From the NCBI GenBank assembly GCA_937625935.1, contig OW569374.1, forward strand, positions 1 to 64,000: DNA of 64,000 nucleotides, written 5' to 3'. Shown piece by piece: positions 43,601 through 54,139 of the stretch. The notes beneath the pieces are model-generated. The model did not search any database and was not told the origin of the DNA. It saw nothing but the letters and a program-made list of their open reading frames with translations. This DNA is from Tetramitus jugosus (lineage: Eukaryota > Protista > Heterolobosea). Position 1 is the first letter of the stretch. Every line of letters starts with the position of its first letter. A program made the translations under genes and the position numbers.

Positions 43601-43939
43601 ATCATGCGTAATGGGCAAGTGCCACAAAAACAAGTGCTCCAATCGCTTCCAACGACCCAATTCAACAAAAAAATCAACATTAATAATGAGATTTTCATTG
43701 AATGACAAGTCAAGTGAGGTGACATCAGGGAACCACTCACTTAGAAAATGAGGAATCGAAGTGAGTGAGTTGTGACTGAGGTTTAGAGTCAAAATGGGTT
43801 GTTGTTGTTGTTTTAGGCCAACTGTTGTTGATGATGATGATGAAAATTGAGATTGAATGTGTTGAAGCAATGTGTCATTGGTGAGATTTTGATGACTCAA
43901 ATCGAGCAATAATGTTTGTGAAGAGGCATCGAATGCCAT
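40683..43939 (-). CDS. LRR-fused SulP/SLC26 anion transporter with STAS domain (2 exons; intron 42974-43086)
   Basis: Exon 1 LRRs LDLSHQNL, LNLSHNSL, LDLSFN. GTGAGT donor and TTTTAG acceptor are both phase 1. Exon 2: IPQAMAYSLIAGLPPVYGLY, NQELIALG, GSISRT, STAS VLDCSSVPQIDSTA. Confidence 0.8.
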
Positions 43940-44245
43940 GTCTCAAAAAACTGTTGTTGTCGTTGTTGTTGTTAGTGTGGTTATTTGATGATTTTGATTC
44001 TAATAGGCTCACGCGCGGGAACAGCAAAAGGATGTCAAATTGGAAAGTGGAGAATTTTTCGCGCAAAGGAATTCAAGAAGCCAGTTAGGTTGTTGAAAAA
44101 CTGGACCAGGAAAAACAACTGGTTCAACCAAAAAACACACAACAACCCAAACATCCAAAGCAACAGCGTTGTTTTGGACGAGATGATTTTTCCAGTTTCT
44201 GTTCTTTTGGATTGAAAACAGCAAAACAACCTAAACCATTAAACA

Positions 44246-45070
44246 ATGCCAAGTGACTCGGAGTCTCTAGAACTGTTCCCAGAAGACTATGAAGGACTCA
44301 AAAATTATATGAAACGTCGAATGGAGAATAATATGTTCGAATCAGTTAGGAAATGTGTTTACTGTAATGAAGCAGTCAATATTATGACCCTTCACTCACA
44401 TATGAAGAAGTGTATGTGGTGGTTTGAAGAATTGTACGGTTATCCTCATACACACACCTACATACCACCAGCTGTGATACCACCCAAAGTCTCAAACGAC
44501 GAGTCCAAACAGATGAAAAGAAAGCGCCCAGAACAGTCATCTCCAGAGTCAGATGATGAAGAGGATTGGCCATTCAATGAAGACAACTACCAAGAAAGAG
44601 CCTTAAAAAGAAAGAAAAAAGGTAAGAGTTCAAAGCGAAGGACATGTGTGGTAAGCAGTAAGAATTGCAATAAGGTTCAAGACCCACCAGCCGGCTTTTA
44701 TTTCTACACTGGAGACACCAAGTATCACATATGTTCACAAGGCCATATCAACAGTGATGAAGTTAAGAAGGAAATAGTGCGTACAATTGGATCCAACACT
44801 TCTCTCAAACAGAGCAATCAAGATCAAAGATATGAATGTGCTCTTGGAAGTTGTAAAGGGAAATGTGGAACAACTTTTCAGGTGGGGGCTCGAGATACTG
44901 AGCCAAATAAGCGATGGAATTTCTGCACATTTGCTCACCTATGGGAACATGTAACGCATATTAGAACAAGAGAGTGGAAAGATTATGTGAAAAGCTCCAA
45001 GAAAGAGAAAGCAACTGGTGCAGAAGAAGAGATTCAAGACATTCTCAATTCGGCCAATATGGTCGAATAA
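44246..45070 (+). CDS. Zinc-finger protein, ORF1 of a Harbinger/ISL2EU-like element
   Basis: CVYC..HMKKC finger, NLS KRKKKGK, and two C..C...(I/F)C..H TRASH/MYM-like modules. A deleted paralog lies at 36.5 kb. Confidence 0.7.
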   Translation: MPSDSESLELFPEDYEGLKNYMKRRMENNMFESVRKCVYCNEAVNIMTLHSHMKKCMWWFEELYGYPHTHTYIPPAVIPPKVSNDESKQMKRKRPEQSSPESDDEEDWPFNEDNYQERALKRKKKGKSSKRRTCVVSSKNCNKVQDPPAGFYFYTGDTKYHICSQGHINSDEVKKEIVRTIGSNTSLKQSNQDQRYECALGSCKGKCGTTFQVGARDTEPNKRWNFCTFAHLWEHVTHIRTREWKDYVKSSKKEKATGAEEEIQDILNSANMVE

Positions 45071-45109
45071 AACATAATTCATTGTTACTCACACCTTTTA
45101 TTATAATAG

Positions 45110-45444
45110 CGAGTCTGAAAGAACTAAAGAGGGATTTCCACAAGACAATTTTGGACAATTGTACTACCTTCCAAGATGTAACAGGATTCAGCAAGCAACA
45201 ATTTGACGCTTTGTATCGAAGATTCGGCTCAGTTTTGGAGCATCGCAAGTTGGGTGATCCAAGCGTGATCAAAGAGAGAATGGGTCGGAACAGGAGCTTA
45301 CATGGGAAAAGTCATTTACTTTTGTTCATGATATGGCTCAGGCTGTACCCAACTGAAAGATTCCTTTCTTGGATATTTGGTATTGACATCAAACAGACAC
45401 AGTGCAAAGAGCCGACACGGCTACAGCTCATGATGATGTTTTAG
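45110..45444 (+). mobile_element. Truncated PIF/Harbinger-ISL2EU-type transposase (N-terminal HTH only)
   Basis: FQDVTGFSKQQFDALY...GRNRSL...LLLFMIWLRLYPTERFLSWIFGI is the HTH that precedes DDE_Tnp_4. No DDE domain follows. Confidence 0.75.
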
Positions 45445-45519
45445 AGAGAGCATGAGAAAAAAGGAAACTTTACAATCATCATTATACAATGATATACAGG
45501 TATGTACATGGGTAGTAAT

Positions 45520-46692
45520 TTAAAAAGCTTTTGCTTCATATGCTTGTTCAATGGCTTCCAACACCTTATCATGCAAGTGATCCAACGTGTCTTCTATCCG
45601 ATGAAGATTGACATCGACTCTTGTCCTAGAATCAGGACTCAAATCATTCTCCACCAAATAATCTTGAATGTAGAAGAAATTGCTCGACAGATTTTGCAAT
45701 CGTTCTTCAAAAGTGCTGCCCAATGCCTCAATCGTGCACAATTCATCTCTCGCAGACAACCACTGATCAAAAAACATGTAATGTTCATCTCTGCTCTCTA
45801 CACACATGAAAAATGGCACAACAATACCCTTCTTTCCACTCTTTGCCAGTGCATGATAGGAGCTCTCTGTTTTTTTGGCGCCATTTTCCTCTTGATTACT
45901 CCGCACCAAATTCATATCATTTACAATATCGAGAAACAAGTGTGGATCAATGTGAGATCCCTCCACGATAATGGCCTTTCCTTCATTGAAACACTTTTCA
46001 ATGTCACCTTGCAATGCACTCTTCATAAAAACACACTCTTTGCTATACTGTTCAATAAACTCCTGCTTTGTGTCATACTTTTTCATCCAAACTGGTTCAT
46101 TCGGAGCCAATGATTGATCAAAAGTGGACATGACATCCAAAATCAAATCCGTTTGAAGAACGTTTGGTATATTCAATCGTTCACCCAACTGTGTAGCCAA
46201 TGTCGATTTTCCGACACACCCCGTTCCATACAAGACAATCAACAAGGGCACTCGTTGATGATGAAAATGTGTCATGAGTTGAAATCGATAAATGGGTTGA
46301 CCTCTGTGTGCTCCACCGTAGCCATACTCGTTCATGATATCAAACAAGTGTTGTTCCAGAATCGATTGTGAAACATTGAGCAAATTCAAGTCAACCAATC
46401 GTTTTTTGAGTTGAAGTGAAATTTTGACAGCGTCTCTGAATTTGACCTTTGTGACCGTGAGGATTCGACTGACAATGAATCGACTGAGAATGTAATAGTG
46501 TTCTTCGAGCCATACTTTGACCTTGACAAAGTCGTATTTGGATGAGTTGAGTTTCTTGTTGGAAAACAAGAGATTTTCATTGTTGTTCATGTCAATGGTA
46601 GTGGTGGAAGTGGTGGTGGAGATCATGGTTGGGGAAGACATCTCTTGAGAGTGTCGATGATGTTGGTGTTGTTGTTGTCGACTCATTATCAT
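45520..46692 (-). CDS. 2-phosphoglycerate kinase-like / LPA1-like P-loop NTPase
   Basis: SSKYDFVKVKVWL..HYYILSRF and Walker A GTGCVGKSTLATQL; IIVEGSH. Likely start MIMSRQ at 46692. Confidence 0.85.
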   Translation of the reverse strand: MIMSRQQQHQHHRHSQEMSSPTMISTTTSTTTIDMNNNENLLFSNKKLNSSKYDFVKVKVWLEEHYYILSRFIVSRILTVTKVKFRDAVKISLQLKKRLVDLNLLNVSQSILEQHLFDIMNEYGYGGAHRGQPIYRFQLMTHFHHQRVPLLIVLYGTGCVGKSTLATQLGERLNIPNVLQTDLILDVMSTFDQSLAPNEPVWMKKYDTKQEFIEQYSKECVFMKSALQGDIEKCFNEGKAIIVEGSHIDPHLFLDIVNDMNLVRSNQEENGAKKTESSYHALAKSGKKGIVVPFFMCVESRDEHYMFFDQWLSARDELCTIEALGSTFEERLQNLSSNFFYIQDYLVENDLSPDSRTRVDVNLHRIEDTLDHLHDKVLEAIEQAYEAKAF

Positions 46693-46865
46693 ATCGAACA
46701 AAAGCTTTTTGATATTGTGTTGTGCCTTTTGATGGCGGGAGGTAGCTATCGGAGAATCGGAAATGATGAATATTTTTTCTCGGCATTGCGCGCAAAAAGA
46801 TTCTCGAACGAACACACAGAACCCTTCAGAAAAACAAACAACAACAACAAACAGTACATAAAACA

Positions 46866-47057
46866 ATGGGCAAGGAAGGTGGAAAGAAGAAGCCATTAAA
46901 GGCACCAAAGAAGGAAGAAAAAGAACTTGATGACTCTGATTTGGCTCACAGAGAAAAGATGAAGCAAGAGAAGAAGGCTCTTGAAGATGCCAAGAAGGGA
47001 TTGAAGTCTGGTAAGCCATTGGGCACTTCTGGTATCAAGAAGTCTGGCAAGAAGTAA
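46866..47057 (+). CDS. TMA7: Translation machinery-associated protein 7
   Basis: GKEGGKKKPLKAPKK...GPL-like KPLGTSGIKKSGKK, 63 aa. Confidence 0.93.
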   Translation: MGKEGGKKKPLKAPKKEEKELDDSDLAHREKMKQEKKALEDAKKGLKSGKPLGTSGIKKSGKK

Positions 47058-47191
47058 ATATTAAAGTTGATTCTTGTGTCACAACAAACCCACATGTGAA
47101 TAAAATGAAAAAAGAAAAAAAAAAGAGTTGTCAAAATTTGTTCTTGTTCAAAATTGAGTTGCGTGCAATTCACTTTGATTCCTTGTGCACA

Positions 47192-49054
47192 TTATAGCTC
47201 CACATCGACTTCATCAGAAGGAGAAGTTTCTTCTTTTGAATTCCGATCGTCTCTAACGTCAGATCGCCTCACGCGCTCTCTTGCCTTTTCCACTTCTGAA
47301 TAAAAGTCCATTCGCAGTATCATGTACACAACCAATAGAGCTGAAACAACGATCACTCCCATGAGTAGACCGAACCACAAGCCATTCAGTTTCCACTTGA
47401 GGTAGAAGCAGAAGAATAATCCTACGGGCAGACCAATCACATAGTATGCAATAAAGTTGGCAACAGCACCGATTGACTGTCGTCCAGTACCACGCAGCAC
47501 ACCACCAAAGGCAACCTGCACTCCGTCAAATATCTGATACACAGCTGCCAGTACTACAGTTGTTGATACCGTAGCAATTACCTGGGCATCACTGGTGAAT
47601 AACTTACCCATGATGTCCTTGGTGGCAATCATCAGTATAGCTGTACCCAACATGATCAATAATGACAACAGAAAGCCAATAAAACTGGCAACCTTTGCCT
47701 TCTCGGGCTCTCCGGCACCTATGGAGATACCGACACGGATGGACAGAGATGTGGCCATGGCTAGCGGAAGCATGAACGTAATGATACACACATTCTGAAC
47801 AATTGAGTGAGCACTGACAAATACACTACTACCTAGATAACCAGTCAATACTGTTGTTACATGGAATCCCCAAATCTCCATACAAAGAGCAGACGCTGCA
47901 GGAACACCAATCTTAATGTACTCGTAGAGTCCTCTTGGATCAACTGTGTCACGTACAACAGTCTTTACAATCTTCCAAATGTTCGATAATGAGTACCAAC
48001 GAATAGGGGGAACAGGAGAACTCTCAGAGCCACTATCATCATTGTTATCATTGCTTTCATTTGTCGCTTCAGACAAACTGTTCAAATGTTTTCTTCTCTC
48101 TACATAGATGGTGTAGAAGAAGAGAGATATCAAAATAAATATTCTAGTGATACTCGTGGCCAGTGGAGCACCATCAAATCCCATTCCCTTGAAGCCAATA
48201 CCTCGAATCAACAACAAGTTCATGAGTGCATTCAATCCAACAGACAACACCGAATTAATCATTGGATAATGAATGTACCGTTGAGCTGTTAAAAAACGAG
48301 TCAGGACTCTGATCATACAATAAGGCCACAGACCAATCAAATTGAGTCGAACAAAGCGACCAGTCAACCGAGCCAAATCCTTATCTTGTCCCACCAATAT
48401 CAATATCGAGTCCAAAAAGAATAAGACAATCGAAGTCAGAAAGGCAATCGAAGAAACAATCAAAATCGATCTCTGAAGCACAACTCTCTTCATTCTTTCA
48501 TTCTTGGCACCTGTTGCCTGAGAAATCAACGTGTCCTGTGCACTAATGAACCCCACAGCTAAAAATCCAGCACTATGAAACAGGGAATTTCCAAGTGCAG
48601 CAGCAGCCAAGTAATCCTTGCCTAAGCGACCCACAAAAGCCATATCTGTCGTTCCTAGCAATGAACTACAGACATTGGAGATGAGAATGGGCCATGAGAG
48701 AACAAACATCTCATACAATTCATGTCTCCAGTGCAATTTCAGTGCAGTGAAAAAGGATTGTATCAATGAAGAGAAGTGACCTGAAGGCATTCGATGAACA
48801 ATTTCTTCTTCTTCATCGTTATCATTGCTCTTTTCACTGCCTACTTGTTCACCATCATCATCATACCTCGTTTCCTCATCCTGAGGGGAGGAGAGCTTTG
48901 GTTCAGCAACTACGGCAGAAACGTAGAATTTTTGGTCTCCGCCGGAGATTTGTTCCTGATTCAAGACAGACTCGTCAAATGGAGCATTTTCCTCCAGCTC
49001 AACTGAACTCTTGTTGTAGTGTTTACTACTACTCGTATTATCAATGATGGGCAT
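47192..49054 (-). CDS. MATE family multidrug/toxin efflux transporter
   Basis: FVGRLGKDYLAAAALG, DTLISQATGA, GAPLATSI, SIRVGISIGAG, GVLRGTGRQ, YYVIGLP. Confidence 0.93.
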   Translation of the reverse strand: MPIIDNTSSSKHYNKSSVELEENAPFDESVLNQEQISGGDQKFYVSAVVAEPKLSSPQDEETRYDDDGEQVGSEKSNDNDEEEEIVHRMPSGHFSSLIQSFFTALKLHWRHELYEMFVLSWPILISNVCSSLLGTTDMAFVGRLGKDYLAAAALGNSLFHSAGFLAVGFISAQDTLISQATGAKNERMKRVVLQRSILIVSSIAFLTSIVLFFLDSILILVGQDKDLARLTGRFVRLNLIGLWPYCMIRVLTRFLTAQRYIHYPMINSVLSVGLNALMNLLLIRGIGFKGMGFDGAPLATSITRIFILISLFFYTIYVERRKHLNSLSEATNESNDNNDDSGSESSPVPPIRWYSLSNIWKIVKTVVRDTVDPRGLYEYIKIGVPAASALCMEIWGFHVTTVLTGYLGSSVFVSAHSIVQNVCIITFMLPLAMATSLSIRVGISIGAGEPEKAKVASFIGFLLSLLIMLGTAILMIATKDIMGKLFTSDAQVIATVSTTVVLAAVYQIFDGVQVAFGGVLRGTGRQSIGAVANFIAYYVIGLPVGLFFCFYLKWKLNGLWFGLLMGVIVVSALLVVYMILRMDFYSEVEKARERVRRSDVRDDRNSKEETSPSDEVDVEL

Positions 49055-49532
49055 TTGTGTGTGTTTCCGCAAGGTGCAATGCCAAAAGCAAAAAGGAAAT
49101 GATGCTCGTAAGTAGCGCTCTTTTTGAAATGATTTTGTTTCATTCGCAAGCCCTAGGCGTTTTTGCCTCGCGGATGGAATTTGAAGGTGCTCAAACACAT
49201 TGCAGCTTTTTGTGTTCAAGGGAGGAGAATTTGACCTCTTTTAGCGAACCGGGATTTTGGGAAGGAAGAGTCTCCTTCAATAATGAATGGTGCTCATTTC
49301 CTCCTTTTTGTCTCGGGTTTTGTTGGCTATGACGGGGGATTGATCATTGACCACAAGATTTCTTTGTTCGGGTCGGTTGATTCATTTAGAGGCCTACCCA
49401 AAAGAGATTTGATTTTCTTGTGGGTTGTTTTTTATTAGGTCAATACAACTGTCGAATAAATAACAAGGAGATAATCTTTCAATAAAACAACAGAGAGAAA
49501 AATAAGTAAAAGAACGTATCATAATAAATAAC

Positions 49533-51731
49533 ATGAAAATGATAGCATGTGGAAGAGGCATCGAGCAAATTCTGCGTAGTGAAAGGAACAACGATGAAGA
49601 GTCAGTTGACCAACAAACGGACCAATTTCATACCATTCCCTTTGTCACTCGTCGAAGAACATCGAAGTCAAGGATGAGAACTGTCAGAGATCCCAAAATC
49701 AAACATATTGCATGTGGAAGATCCTTTGTTGTTGTCGTGACTGAGAGTGATGACATTTATACCATGGGCAGTAATCAGTATGGCCAATTGGGAATGGGAG
49801 AAAAACCTCAATTGAAGCAAGAAGAGCATGACAGTGACTCTGTCACCACTTCTCCAAACGGTGATGTCTTTGATAGATTTGTGCACATGGATTACTTGCA
49901 CGTCGAAGTAAAGTTATTGGCCTGTGGAGCAAATCATACGATTCTTGTAACGCAAGACAATGAAATGTACTCTTGCGGAGGAAACATGTTTGGAGAATGT
50001 GGATTGGGTCATTCTCACGATGCACACGAGTTTCAAAAGGTTGAGCTTGATTCTGGAATAGACAATGAGAAGAGTGAATTTATCATTGAGCAAGTGAGCT
50101 GCGGTTCAGAGCACTCGTTCATCCGAACAAGGAATCACGAGTTGTGGTCCTGTGGTCAAAATTATGCTGGTCAACTGGGATTAGGCACAATGAACAATGA
50201 AAATAGATTCCAAAAAGTGAGTTTGGAGCTCCAGGAGAATGAGAGTGATGCAGTCAGTAGAAACAATAGAGATGTTATCGAGCTGAAGCAAGTATCCTGC
50301 GGTGATAATCATACCGTGTTGCTCACGATGAACAATGAAATTTGGACATGTGGGAGCAACATTCATGGAGCTCTAGGCACTGAATCTCATTCCGAGATGA
50401 GAAAAGTATCTGATATTGTAGCCAAATTCGTGAAACTCAACGTTCACTCCATGATTGGTCGTCCAATTGAGAGTATCTATTGTGGAGAAACACATACAGT
50501 GTTACTAACAAAAGATGGTATGTTGTACACTTGCGGATCCAGTCAAAAGGGATCATTGGGACTGGATGATGTCAATTTCACGCAAGAGTTTACTCGAGTA
50601 CCGATAAAACCACTAGAGGGAGCCACTCTACCAGCAAATAGCTGTCCTATTGATTCCACAACAATCTTGTTCAAAAACAGAGATTACATCATGACATGTG
50701 GAAACAATAGACAGGAGAATCTGGGGTTGGGTCGATCGATCAGTTACTCTGGTAGATTGAGAAAACTAATACTGGATGTCGAGCCAAACATGCTTGTACA
50801 ACAAATTGCTCTCGGATCATCGATGACATTCATTGCCATTGGGCCCAAGACTCAGCAGGAGACGGTCAATTCAGGAATAGCTACCCAAGTGGCTCAAACC
50901 CAACAATTAGAAGCTGCTACACCTAGCGCCATTGAGAAACTGCAACAGGAAGTTGAGCGCAAGAACCAGGAGATTGAAATGCTCCAGAAACAGATATCTA
51001 GTACATCTGAAACTCAAGAGAGTGATTTCACGACGGTGTTAGGACCATGGCTTATAGACGGTCCTGATATCGTATTTGAAAGACCAATATCGTCTGATAC
51101 ATCATTGGGCACATGGAGTTCATCTCCCGTGCTCATGAAATCTGTACCAAAGAACACTCTGTCCTCGATTGAATTGTCCAGATTGACAGAATTAGCTACG
51201 ATACGACATCCGAATTGTCAACAATACTTGGGTTTTAACTTGACAGAGAGTGGAGACCTGCGCATCATCTATGAGTATTCCGAGTCAAATTTACATGATT
51301 TGCTACGGGCTCCCCAGGTGAGATTATCAGTGGTTGAGAAGGTGAAGCTTGCGCTCGAAGTAGCCAAAGGATTATCGTTCCTTCACAAGCGACAACCGCA
51401 ATTAGCACATGGTAACTTGACAAGTCATAGCGTGTTCTTGAATAGTAATGGATCAATGGTTAAGATTGGAGATTATCGATTGGTTATCGATCAGAATGCA
51501 ACCGTAGACCCAATATCAAATGATGTATATCAGTTCGGAATGATATTGCACGAACTGTGGTTCTGGGGACTGGTTGAGGAGAGTGAAGCTGATCTTTCAA
51601 TTAGGCACTCATTGCAGGGTCCAATGATGACCCTTCTTCATTCATGCACAGCGGAAGATCCATCTTGCAGGCTTCCAATCTCAACAATTGCTGATCAACT
51701 GCAACGTGTGATCAAGAATATGAACCTATGA
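49533..51731 (+). CDS. RCC1-repeat protein with coiled coil and C-terminal pseudokinase
   Basis: GSNQYGQLG, CGQNYAGQLG repeats. Kinase-like IRHPNC, EVAKGLSFLH, HGNLTS (no HRD Asp), IGDYR (no DFG), DVYQFG. Confidence 0.85.
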   Translation: MKMIACGRGIEQILRSERNNDEESVDQQTDQFHTIPFVTRRRTSKSRMRTVRDPKIKHIACGRSFVVVVTESDDIYTMGSNQYGQLGMGEKPQLKQEEHDSDSVTTSPNGDVFDRFVHMDYLHVEVKLLACGANHTILVTQDNEMYSCGGNMFGECGLGHSHDAHEFQKVELDSGIDNEKSEFIIEQVSCGSEHSFIRTRNHELWSCGQNYAGQLGLGTMNNENRFQKVSLELQENESDAVSRNNRDVIELKQVSCGDNHTVLLTMNNEIWTCGSNIHGALGTESHSEMRKVSDIVAKFVKLNVHSMIGRPIESIYCGETHTVLLTKDGMLYTCGSSQKGSLGLDDVNFTQEFTRVPIKPLEGATLPANSCPIDSTTILFKNRDYIMTCGNNRQENLGLGRSISYSGRLRKLILDVEPNMLVQQIALGSSMTFIAIGPKTQQETVNSGIATQVAQTQQLEAATPSAIEKLQQEVERKNQEIEMLQKQISSTSETQESDFTTVLGPWLIDGPDIVFERPISSDTSLGTWSSSPVLMKSVPKNTLSSIELSRLTELATIRHPNCQQYLGFNLTESGDLRIIYEYSESNLHDLLRAPQVRLSVVEKVKLALEVAKGLSFLHKRQPQLAHGNLTSHSVFLNSNGSMVKIGDYRLVIDQNATVDPISNDVYQFGMILHELWFWGLVEESEADLSIRHSLQGPMMTLLHSCTAEDPSCRLPISTIADQLQRVIKNMNL

Positions 51732-51766
51732 TCCATGTCCAATAAATGTTGAGTAAATTTTTGTTT

Positions 51767-53281
51767 TTAGCCAAGGTAGTCCAGCTTGTTTAGAATTGAC
51801 TTGGATTGTTCGAGGATGCATTGGGACAGAGCACGTTTTAGCTGCGATATCTTCGCAATAATATTGGATCTGCTCGATTGCATGTGTTCCTTTGGAGATG
51901 ACAAAGTCAGATCAAGTACAGCATCAAACAGAGTAATCAAAGTGGATTGAATAGTATCAGATTCATTCGTCCCTGACTCTGACAAAATCCTGCGCATGAT
52001 ATACTGTACAAGTGCAGGAGAATTTTGCATGTAGTCACGAATTGTATCCTCAAATAAAGTTTTCATAGTTTCTGAGCTATCTGACTCCTGAAGGATGGCT
52101 TGGAGTAGAATCAGAACAGAATCAACAACATCTTCCGACACTTCGCCATTCAAACTCTGACTGACAATCATAGAGCATGCTCCCAATAAGGATATAGTTT
52201 GATTTTCTTCTTTTCCTTCACATTCAATCTCAACAGGCTCTGTAAACCACACACGCAACATTTCAAAATCATCCTTCTCACTATACATGGAGACTATACA
52301 CTCAAAAGAGCGCAGAATGCAGTCCATTACATTTTCATTCGAGTTCTCAATGGATTGAACGAGACAACGAACCATTACATGTATTCCACTCTCCTCCTTT
52401 AAAATATTCGTCATGGAATCGTAGTCGAAATAGAAGATGTTGAGAACCAACAAGCAACAATTGAACAATAATCTCTCATTCAGTGTGTTATCCATCGTGA
52501 ACATGAGCGCAGAATAGAAGCTAACCGACTCGGATAATTGAGCTTGACTCATGAGATATATCCACTCATTCTTTTTCTGTTTGTTGTCACGGGAGCTATA
52601 GGAAGTCACCGCGGACAAGAAACGAACAATTTCACACAATACTTCTACTGAGCCGTTGCTATAGCGTTCGTACAATTGATCGTCTGAATCTTCATGCGAA
52701 TTTCCACCTCGATCCAAACAACAGACAAAATGAGCAAACAAACATTGACTCATATCACAATCTGAACCCGATTGCGCATATTGAGATGCAATCTCTTCGC
52801 TTGTTCCAGCTAAATTGGCCAAAGTACCCATCAGTACTTCAGTCAATCGATTTAATCGTTCCATTTGATCATCCTGGGCCCCCTTCTCTATGTTATTACC
52901 TTCGTCATTATCATTCTCTTTCACATCATTGAATCCTACTTGACCACCATAAGGAGCCAAGGTCAACAAACCCCGTATGATATGAACGAAAACAGATGAA
53001 CAACAGCATTGAGTATGAAGAATGAGAGCTTGTTCCTTTGAAGAGCTAATGTCCCACAAGTTACAACTCAAATCAATCATTTGTTCCAATCTCTGCCCAT
53101 TTTCAACCTTCAATTCCAGTTCAGAACTGTAGCCTTCTTTTCCCGCGCAAAGCAAATAAGCATCCCAGAGCCCGATCAACTCACCCAAAATGAGTAAGAA
53201 ATTTTCCTTTAAACCGAGACAAGGTGATGTGATGACGGGTGTCATCTCCTTTTTTTCTTGGTTCGGGTTGCACTCAGACAT
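51767..53281 (-). CDS. SAAL1: SAAL1-like ARM-repeat protein
   Basis: CNLWDISSSKEQALIL and RLTEVLMGTLANLA resemble the conserved SAAL1 blocks. Confidence 0.6.
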   Translation of the reverse strand: MSECNPNQEKKEMTPVITSPCLGLKENFLLILGELIGLWDAYLLCAGKEGYSSELELKVENGQRLEQMIDLSCNLWDISSSKEQALILHTQCCCSSVFVHIIRGLLTLAPYGGQVGFNDVKENDNDEGNNIEKGAQDDQMERLNRLTEVLMGTLANLAGTSEEIASQYAQSGSDCDMSQCLFAHFVCCLDRGGNSHEDSDDQLYERYSNGSVEVLCEIVRFLSAVTSYSSRDNKQKKNEWIYLMSQAQLSESVSFYSALMFTMDNTLNERLLFNCCLLVLNIFYFDYDSMTNILKEESGIHVMVRCLVQSIENSNENVMDCILRSFECIVSMYSEKDDFEMLRVWFTEPVEIECEGKEENQTISLLGACSMIVSQSLNGEVSEDVVDSVLILLQAILQESDSSETMKTLFEDTIRDYMQNSPALVQYIMRRILSESGTNESDTIQSTLITLFDAVLDLTLSSPKEHMQSSRSNIIAKISQLKRALSQCILEQSKSILNKLDYLG

Positions 53282-54139
53282 TGATGTTGTTCTTTTTGTA
53301 ACGGATCAATTTTTGAGTTTTCTCAGAGTCGGAATAAATGGAGGAGTTCGGCCAAATGATTGACGGATCGTTTTCTTGTGCACAGGAACACAAGTTGTTG
53401 AGCCTACGGGTGGGAGAGATCTTTGGTCAAAATGTAAAATGCAAGATGTTCTTACAGGGAGATCATCTGGAAGAGGTGGAAGGCCAATTTGTGGATCTGT
53501 AGCGTGTTCTCCTGCAATGGATAACAAGTTTTTGGCGACAAGATCTTTCCCAGGCGACGTGTGATCTTTCCCAAAAAAACAAACCAGCTGTTTTCATCAG
53601 CTATTTTGTTCAATTTGCTGCCAAACACAAACAAAACCACAACATACCCTAATCTTAGAAAAAAAACCCACCAGGCCTGGTGTTGCTCCAGAGAGAAGAC
53701 TTCCTCACACGAACGTTGCCCTCTCCAGGTGTTCCATTTCTGAACCACCACACAACAAAAAAAAGATTGGTATTTGCACATCCATCAGAGAGAGACAGAA
53801 GAAGAATTCCCTTTGCGAAAAACGCCCACACCCACATCACCCTTACCAAATCAAAACGCACCCAACTGAACTTGACAAAGCACAAGTATCAGCTATACTG
53901 ACTGACTCTGACAGATAGATTGCTGGACCTATACTCTACTATCCAGAGCCTCTGGACACTACCACTCGTTTTTTTTTTCATTCGAATAATTTAAACCAAC
54001 CAGAAATACAGGATAACGTTATCCAGTTTGAGAACCACAGAATATTCATCTAACAACAGCTTCCAGAAGTTCTTCCACTACCACCAGCTACGACTGCTAC
54101 TTGCAACGGACACACAACCAACTATAACCACTACGAAAA

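Noticed and set aside
45502-47057. Apparent overlapping antisense genes (499-aa ORF over TMA7; 203-aa antisense ORF)
   Set aside because: The LPA1-like gene most likely starts at 46692, making a normal divergent pair. The antisense ORF is a shadow of the coding strand.
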